Shown one piece after another: positions 57,613-64,000 of a DNA stretch of 64,000 nt. Position numbers and translations under genes: made by a program. The notes under the pieces are model-generated. The model was not told the DNA's origin and searched no databases. It was given only the letters and a program-made list of their open reading frames with translations. The DNA comes from Candidatus Cloacimonadales bacterium (lineage in GTDB: Bacteria; Cloacimonadota; Cloacimonadia; Cloacimonadales; JAIOQZ01). The stretch lies in NCBI GenBank assembly GCA_963665815.1, contig OY762463.1, positions 1-64,000 on the forward strand, written 5' to 3'. Positions within the stretch are counted from its first letter, which is position 1. Each line of letters opens with the position of its first letter.

Positions 57613-57975
57613 ATGATTGTCAAATCACTGAATAGAATTAAAAGTATAAATGCTCTCGATGGGACAGTAGTAAAAGAGATTCTACATCCGGATAAGGATG
57701 CCCTCGAGATGAACTTCAGCCTTGCTCACGCAGTGCTGGCACCACAGGAGAAATCTCTTAAGCATAGAATTACTACTGGTGCCGAGATTTATGTTATTAT
57801 AAAAGGTTATGGATTAATGCATATAAATGATGATGAGCAGATTGTCAAACCGGGAGATACAATTTACATCCCGGCAGGAGCTGTTCAGTTTATTGAAAAC
57901 ACCGGAGAAGAAACCCTTGAGTTCTACTGTATGGTAGATGGGGGATGGTCTCAGGATTGCGAGGAATTATGCTGA
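57613..57975 (+). CDS. Cupin domain protein
   Basis: SLAHA, H..EIYVI.KG.G, PGDTIYIPAG, ENTG. Confidence 0.88.
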   Translation: MIVKSLNRIKSINALDGTVVKEILHPDKDALEMNFSLAHAVLAPQEKSLKHRITTGAEIYVIIKGYGLMHINDDEQIVKPGDTIYIPAGAVQFIENTGEETLEFYCMVDGGWSQDCEELC

Positions 57976-58649
57976 AAAAATCAATCGTACTGCTAAGTGG
58001 AGGTATGGACTCACTTGTTACACTGGCTATCGCAGCAAAGGAATCAGATGAGCTTTATTTTCTGCATGTGAACTACGGGCAGAAAACAGAAGCAAAAGAG
58101 CTGGAATGCTTTAATAATCTGGTGAAGCACTATAAACCTGCAGATATACTTGTAGCAGATATCGAATATCTCAAAAAAATTGGTGGTTCTAGTCTGGTTG
58201 ATGATTCTATGGAAATAAAAGACTATACCGGGGAAGATCGTGTGCCGAATACTTATGTGCCTTTCCGGAATGCTCACATGATCTGTATTGCTGTTTCCTG
58301 GGCAGAGGTTATTGGTGCTCAAAGAATATACATCGGAGCAGTGGAAGAAGACAGCTCGGGATATCCTGATTGTCGAGAAGAATTCTACATGCATTTTAAT
58401 AAAACTATAGATACCGGAACACAGGATGAAACTAAGATAGAGATTGTTACTCCGGTAATCCATAAAAAGAAATCTGAGATTATTACACTTGGTAAAGAGC
58501 TGAACGCTCCATTTAAGTTTAGCTGGAGCTGTTACAGAGAAAACGACAGAGCATGTGGAACCTGTGACAGTTGTGTTCTGCGTATAAACGCATTTAAGGA
58601 AGCCGATTTAGTTGACCCTAACCCTTACAAGATTGACATCGACTGGTGA
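57969..58649 (+). CDS. queC: 7-cyano-7-deazaguanine synthase
   Basis: SGGMDS, YVPFRN, YPDCR, SWSCY, CGTCDSC. Confidence 0.96.
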   Translation: MLKKSIVLLSGGMDSLVTLAIAAKESDELYFLHVNYGQKTEAKELECFNNLVKHYKPADILVADIEYLKKIGGSSLVDDSMEIKDYTGEDRVPNTYVPFRNAHMICIAVSWAEVIGAQRIYIGAVEEDSSGYPDCREEFYMHFNKTIDTGTQDETKIEIVTPVIHKKKSEIITLGKELNAPFKFSWSCYRENDRACGTCDSCVLRINAFKEADLVDPNPYKIDIDW

Positions 58650-58653
58650 AGCA

Positions 58654-59736
58654 ATGAATAAATATGGCTATATGAAGCAGGCGATTGCTATTGCTGAGCA
58701 GGGAAGAGCCAGAACATCTCCTAATCCTTTTGTCGGGGCAATCATTGTAAATGATGGACGTGTTGTGGGTAAGGGTTTTACTCAGCCTGCCGGGAAGAAT
58801 CATGCGGAAGTAGAAGCAATTCTTGATGCCGGAGAACGATGTAAAGGTGCAGATATTTATGTAACACTTGAGCCATGCTGCCATTTTGGCAAGACACCTC
58901 CCTGTACTAATGCAATCATCAGCAGCGGGATAAATCGTGTTTTTGTTGGTATTGAAGATCCTGATCAGAGAGTTGCAGGAAAAGGCATTGATATCATGCG
59001 AAAAGCCGGAATTCATGTAGAAGTAGGGTTGTATGACGAGCAAATACGTAAGCAACTGGAAGCATATATTTTTTCAAGGCTGAATACCGGGTTGTTTGTT
59101 CATAGCAAGATTGCAGCTTCTATGGATGGTAAAACAGCTCTTGAAAATGGTAAATCTAAATGGATAACAAATGAGAAGTCCAGAATAAAAGTCCATGAAA
59201 TGCGGAACAGATCAGATGTCGTAATTACAGGAATTAATACCGTTCTTGCAGATAATCCAATGCTGAATGTACGAGGAATTGAGAATTCCCGAAATCCTTT
59301 GAGAGCAATTCTGGATACAAATCTGAGAATCCCTTTGGATTGTTATATTGTAAAAACTGCCAGAGAACAAAAGACAATTGTATTTCATGTAAAAGATGAG
59401 AAAGATAAGGTTAAAGAACTGGAAAAATTAGGAATAGAGTGTGTTAAAGTCGCCGAGGAATATGGACATGTAAATCTTGAGCAGGTGACAGGTATCCTCA
59501 AGAACAGGGGATTTATGCTGTTGATGCTTGAAGCCGGCAGGACATTGAATACTTCATTTTTACAGCGTGGTTTGCTCAATCGGATCTCGTATTATGTCGG
59601 TGGAAAAATTCTGGGGGGAGATCACAGTATTTTCAGTGGATTCAAAATTGATGAAGTTGATCAGGCTGTAAAGTTGTCGGTAGATGATGTTGTTAGACTG
59701 GACAACGATGTGCTAATTGAGTATAGGGTAGAGTAG
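58654..59736 (+). CDS. ribD: Riboflavin biosynthesis deaminase/reductase
   Basis: PNPFVG, HAE, LEPCCH.GKTPPC, SKWIT, DNP.L. Confidence 0.96.
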   Translation: MNKYGYMKQAIAIAEQGRARTSPNPFVGAIIVNDGRVVGKGFTQPAGKNHAEVEAILDAGERCKGADIYVTLEPCCHFGKTPPCTNAIISSGINRVFVGIEDPDQRVAGKGIDIMRKAGIHVEVGLYDEQIRKQLEAYIFSRLNTGLFVHSKIAASMDGKTALENGKSKWITNEKSRIKVHEMRNRSDVVITGINTVLADNPMLNVRGIENSRNPLRAILDTNLRIPLDCYIVKTAREQKTIVFHVKDEKDKVKELEKLGIECVKVAEEYGHVNLEQVTGILKNRGFMLLMLEAGRTLNTSFLQRGLLNRISYYVGGKILGGDHSIFSGFKIDEVDQAVKLSVDDVVRLDNDVLIEYRVE

Positions 59737-59979
59737 AGATAATAGAACCGGACTAGTAGGGGTAGGGCAAGCAGAGACTTGACTCATTGGATGTCTACAC
59801 TTCGATTTCCCTGATTTTGTGTATATGTTTCAGTAGGCTCAAATCCATCAAACAAGGTAGTGGGGACATAACATGTGAATGTTTTTAAAGTTTATTCAAA
59901 GCAAATCCACCGACAATTAAATTGACAAATCAAATTCTCTGATGTACAGCATAAAATATCAAAAATAAGGATAGTTGTT

Positions 59980-62900
59980 ATGCAATGCAAACTGAATACG
60001 ATCGGTAACCTCAAATATAATAATGGATTACACGAACTTAGAGTTGATCAGAAGTACGTTAAGGGTCTTAAAAATCTGGAGATGTTCAGTCACATTCTTC
60101 TGATTACAGCTACGGAAATTCAAGAACGAGCAGGTTTTAAGATTCTTACAGCCGGGATTAAAGATATTGATCTGCTTTCCGGGTACTTTGCTCTGAACAT
60201 AAACGAAAATGTCGAATCTGCTTCGATTTATGACATTAAACCTTATATCCCTTGCGAAGATAGAGTTATTGACTTAGTATCATGTGAAAACAAGCAGAAT
60301 TCGCAAAAGCTTGTACAGAAAGAAGAAATTTTTTCTGATTCTATTGGCAGGATAGATCGTTTTCAAGGTAGGCAACTTCTGATTATGGATGAAGATTTGA
60401 ATGCTATGTTCAATGCAGGTGATTATATCAGAGTTATATGGTGGTTCTCAAGGTTTGATAAGAAAGCATTCCGAAAAACCTTGCTGGTTAATCCTCCATA
60501 TGAAGATGCACCCAAAAGCGGTGTTTTTGCAACAAGATCACCTGTTCGTCCCAATCCCATTGCTATAACTACTGCAAGAATTCTGGAAATCAATGGAAAT
60601 CATATCATAATTTCAGATATTGAAGCATATAATAATACTCCGGTTCTGGATATTCTGTCATATAATTCTAAGGATATAAATATCGAAGAAATCAGAGTCC
60701 CTGAATGGATGAATCATTGGAAAAGTCATTTTATTTACAGTAATGAAAATTCTGTAAAAAAAGAAAATAAATATGTAGATTTAAACAAATACTTTAAATA
60801 TGAATTAAGCAAAGAAGCTCCAACCGAGAAGGATGTAACAGAGGATTCTGACCTTAACCACATTGTTGTTAAAAGAGCCAGACAGAATAATCTTAAGGAT
60901 GTATCCGTCAGAATTCCCAAACATAAATTTACAGTTGTCACTGGATTGAGCGGTTCAGGAAAATCATCTCTTACCTTTGATACGATCTATGCAGAAGCAG
61001 AACGTCGATTTACCGGTAGTTTCAGTACGGCAGGTTCCGGAACTGTTCCTGATAAACCTGACTTTGATGTTATAACAGGGCTATCTCCGGCAATAGCAAT
61101 TGAGCAGAACAGGATTATAAGGAATTCCAGATCAAATGTCGGTTCTCTTTCGGGAATATATGGTTTGCTGAGAACACTGTATTCAACATTCGGAACCAGA
61201 TTCTGTGAAGTATGCGGAACACAGCACCATTTTTTTACTGTGCATGATCTAGTTGATCTATGTAAAAATTTGAACGATGAAGCTGATGTTATAATTCGGA
61301 GTAATGGCAGAGTTTTGGTTGAGAGTGTCAAAAAAGCAATTTCAGAAGATTTAAGGGGTATCGAGTATAGATTAGCATCTGAGTATGAAAGGTATCACAA
61401 ACTGACTCTTTTGTTTAATGACGGGAAATTGATTGATGTGACGGACAGAAAAAGCTGTGTTGAATGTGGAAATTTGTTTTTCGACCTGAAACCTTACATA
61501 TTCAGCAGTAATAATCCTGAAGGGATGTGTTCTGACTGTAATGGTACGGGTAGAATAATGAAGGTGGAAGAGGAATCAGTAATAAATGATCCGGACAAAT
61601 CAATACTGGACGGTGCATCAGCCTGGTGGGGAGATTTGCGAAAATTCAGGGATAAGCCTTCAGCAAACTGGATGCGGGGGGAAGTATTTGCATTAGCAGA
61701 GCATTTTAAGGCCGATCTGGAAAAACCCTGGAAGGATTTACCGAAAGACTTCAGGCATAAACTGCTCTATGGGTATTCTGATGAGAAAGTGACATTCATG
61801 TATGAATCTGCATCTGGTCGTTCAGGTAATATTTCTCGTTTTACTTCCGGAGCAATTACAAATATTGAGAGGTTGCTCGCACAGAATAAAGAGAGTACAA
61901 ACGGTATGTTGGGTCGATTCTGCACAGAGCAAATATGTCCCTCCTGTAATGGAACAAAGATTGGACCTGTAGGTCGAAATGTAAGTTTTGCAGGAGAATA
62001 TTATACAGATATAGCTTCTGTTTCAATAGAATACATAAAAGAATGGTGTAAAAATATATATGACTATAAATATAAACCTATACTTGAACAGATAATTGAG
62101 ATCTGTGATTCGGTTTCAGGAGCAGGATTAGAGTACTTGACTCTAAATAGACCGGTACCGACATTATCCGGTGGGGAAATGCAGAGACTGATTCTGTCAA
62201 CCAGAATGCACAGTGGATTAACAGATCTTCTTTATGTACTTGATGAACCATCCAAGGGGTTGCATCCTTATGACTACAGAAAGATATCTCAACAGATAAA
62301 GCGTCTGGCAGAAGCCGGTAATACTTTAATCGTTGTTGAACACGCCGAGGATATAATCAGACAGGCTGATCATGTAATTGATATGGGACCGGAAAGCGGT
62401 GCTAACGGTGGAGAGATTGTTGCTCAGGGCAGTGTGCAGGAGATTATGGAAAATCCGGAATCTGTAACCGGTAGATATCTGAGGGGGAAACATAATATTA
62501 CTTCTGAGAAAAAATCTGTTAAGAAAAGAAACACAATCTTTGTCAAGGGAGCATGCAGGAACAATCTGCAAAATATTGATCTGGAAATTCCTCTGGGTAA
62601 TATTATATCTGTCACGGGTGTAAGTGGTTCCGGTAAGAGCAGTCTGTTATATGATGTTCTCGGAAGAGCCTGGAAGGATTACAGAGAAGACAGAAAGCCA
62701 GGCGGTGACTACTGCAAGGCTGAAGGATTTGAACATGTATCAAGGCTTGTTGTTATTGATCAGAGACCTGTATGGAAATCTATTCGTTCCAATGCGGCTA
62801 CTTATCTTGGTGTGTTTGACGAGATCAGAAAAGTTTTTGCTTCTACGCCAGAGTCAAATGAGAGAAAGTACACCGATGGGATGTTCAGCACAAACTCACC

Positions 62901-63519
62901 AAAAGGACAGTGTCCTGTTTGTAAGGGGCTGGGATTCAAGAAAATATCACTTGGTTTCATGAGTGATATTCATATAAAATGTGATTCCTGTAAAGGATTG
63001 AGATATAAAGAAGAGATTCTGGAGATAGAATACAAGGGGAAATCCATTGCTGATGTTCTGGAAATGGATATATTGCAGGTTCTTGAACTGTTTCATGATA
63101 GCATAAAGATCCGGAATACTCTAATCTGTCTCGTCAGTCTTGGGTTGGATTACATTAAGATAGGGCAATCCACAGCGACATTAAGCGGGGGAGAAGCGCA
63201 AAGACTGAAGCTTGCAGCAGAACTGAATTCACCTGACCTTAAGGATGCCTTGATAATTCTTGATGAGCCGACATCCGGGCTTCACTTTGCGGATGTTCAC
63301 AAGTTCATGGACTTCATCAGGACTATGAATAGTCAGGGAGCAACGATAATCATGATTGAACATGACATGAACGTTGTTGCTCATTCGGACTGGATAATTG
63401 ATATGGGACCGGGTGGCGGAGTAAACGGTGGACGTATTATTGCCGAAGGTACCATCGATGAAGTAGTGAGGACCGGGGAAGGTTTTACTGCTGAATATTT
63501 ACGCAAAATAACTAAATAA
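59980..63519 (+). CDS. Fusion of two TrmO/YaeB-like domains to a UvrA-like ABC ATPase
   Basis: GL..FSH and DIKPY; GVFATRSPVRPNPI; then two GSGKSS Walker A, two LSGGE and CxxC zinc sites. Confidence 0.88.
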   Translation: MQCKLNTIGNLKYNNGLHELRVDQKYVKGLKNLEMFSHILLITATEIQERAGFKILTAGIKDIDLLSGYFALNINENVESASIYDIKPYIPCEDRVIDLVSCENKQNSQKLVQKEEIFSDSIGRIDRFQGRQLLIMDEDLNAMFNAGDYIRVIWWFSRFDKKAFRKTLLVNPPYEDAPKSGVFATRSPVRPNPIAITTARILEINGNHIIISDIEAYNNTPVLDILSYNSKDINIEEIRVPEWMNHWKSHFIYSNENSVKKENKYVDLNKYFKYELSKEAPTEKDVTEDSDLNHIVVKRARQNNLKDVSVRIPKHKFTVVTGLSGSGKSSLTFDTIYAEAERRFTGSFSTAGSGTVPDKPDFDVITGLSPAIAIEQNRIIRNSRSNVGSLSGIYGLLRTLYSTFGTRFCEVCGTQHHFFTVHDLVDLCKNLNDEADVIIRSNGRVLVESVKKAISEDLRGIEYRLASEYERYHKLTLLFNDGKLIDVTDRKSCVECGNLFFDLKPYIFSSNNPEGMCSDCNGTGRIMKVEEESVINDPDKSILDGASAWWGDLRKFRDKPSANWMRGEVFALAEHFKADLEKPWKDLPKDFRHKLLYGYSDEKVTFMYESASGRSGNISRFTSGAITNIERLLAQNKESTNGMLGRFCTEQICPSCNGTKIGPVGRNVSFAGEYYTDIASVSIEYIKEWCKNIYDYKYKPILEQIIEICDSVSGAGLEYLTLNRPVPTLSGGEMQRLILSTRMHSGLTDLLYVLDEPSKGLHPYDYRKISQQIKRLAEAGNTLIVVEHAEDIIRQADHVIDMGPESGANGGEIVAQGSVQEIMENPESVTGRYLRGKHNITSEKKSVKKRNTIFVKGACRNNLQNIDLEIPLGNIISVTGVSGSGKSSLLYDVLGRAWKDYREDRKPGGDYCKAEGFEHVSRLVVIDQRPVWKSIRSNAATYLGVFDEIRKVFASTPESNERKYTDGMFSTNSPKGQCPVCKGLGFKKISLGFMSDIHIKCDSCKGLRYKEEILEIEYKGKSIADVLEMDILQVLELFHDSIKIRNTLICLVSLGLDYIKIGQSTATLSGGEAQRLKLAAELNSPDLKDALIILDEPTSGLHFADVHKFMDFIRTMNSQGATIIMIEHDMNVVAHSDWIIDMGPGGGVNGGRIIAEGTIDEVVRTGEGFTAEYLRKITK

Positions 63520-63592
63520 TTGTATTTTAGCTTTACACTCATTTATAGTATTTTATTATTGAATGTTAGAAAAAATATTAGATGAGGATAAA

Positions 63593-64000
63593 ATGAGATA
63601 CTTAATAATATGCTTTATGTTATGTATGGCAAGTTTATATGCTGTAAATATATATGATGTGCAGTATACGGATGTTTCAGGGGATGGAACTTATCCGTCA
63701 TTACTGGAAGACCAGATTGTGACAGTCAGTGGAATTGTCACATGCAATAATTATTTAACTGACAGATTCTTTATTGCCGATTCAAATGGTGGATACTGGA
63801 ACTGCATATTTGTCTATGATAGGGAAAATGTCAATATAGGTGACTACGTTACAATAACTGGAGAAGTACGAGAGTACAACGGACTTACTGAAATGGCGTC
63901 CCTTACAGGTATGCAGGTCATAAGCAGTGGAAATCCTGTGCCGACTTTCTATCAGGCTACAACTGGGGAAGCATCTTCCACTGAAGCACTCGAAGGAGCA
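63593..64000 (+). CDS. Exported OB-fold (YhcR/ExeM-like) protein, truncated by the window end
   Basis: Signal peptide; IYDVQY, VTVSGIVT, FFIAD, IFVY, GDYVTITGEVREYNGLTE; open to 64000. Confidence 0.7.
   Translation, partial: MRYLIICFMLCMASLYAVNIYDVQYTDVSGDGTYPSLLEDQIVTVSGIVTCNNYLTDRFFIADSNGGYWNCIFVYDRENVNIGDYVTITGEVREYNGLTEMASLTGMQVISSGNPVPTFYQATTGEASSTEALEGA

Noticed and set aside
921-58653. Longer upstream starts in the ORF track (921, 23151, 28321, 38197, 45361, 50876, 57945, 58612)
   Set aside because: They overlap neighbours or precede the signal peptide; downstream starts with an RBS or family-typical N-terminus fit better
58600-59980. FMN riboswitch near ribD
   Set aside because: ribD starts 4 nt after queC with no leader, and no RFN motifs (AGGGCGGGG..AATTCCCGACC) were seen
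5204-62962. Numerous short ORFs antisense to or overlapping long genes (e.g. 6193-6627, 23931-24566, 33434-33943, 40346-40876, 62624-62962)
   Set aside because: They shadow well-supported genes and have no RBS or recognisable motifs
59980-63519. Canonical uvrA gene symbol
   Set aside because: The extra TrmO domains and shortened UvrB-binding region argue for a paralogue

Overview
AT-rich bacterial chromosomal segment, most likely from Candidatus Cloacimonadota or another FCB-group anaerobe. This is inferred from four secreted proteins ending in FlgD-Ig/T9SS-like sorting domains, a gingipain-like C25 protease and PorT-like beta-barrels. The left 5.2 kb is a tandem array of polymorphic-toxin cassettes (RHS/HExxH toxin tip plus two related exported putative immunity proteins) joined by a near-identical ~570-bp linker; the array runs off the left edge. 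The rest holds housekeeping genes (dapF/dapB/dapA, two ptb, rpiB, glyA, dnaB, mlaE, trmL, NFACT, queC, ribD), secreted modular proteins, two-component genes, a CIRCE-controlled hsp20 pair and a REP-like hairpin repeat. Three candidates for undescribed biology stand out: (1) a thioredoxin-ApbE junction with an in-frame A_AAA_AAG -1 slippery site that would supply the missing N-terminus and signal peptide of ApbE, within a DUF4266/DUF3570 flavinylation operon; (2) a tandem-TrmO-domain/UvrA-like ATPase fusion; (3) the toxin/double-immunity cassette array. No rRNA, tRNA, CRISPR array, transposase or integrase was recognised. All family assignments are from motif recognition by eye, not database searches.
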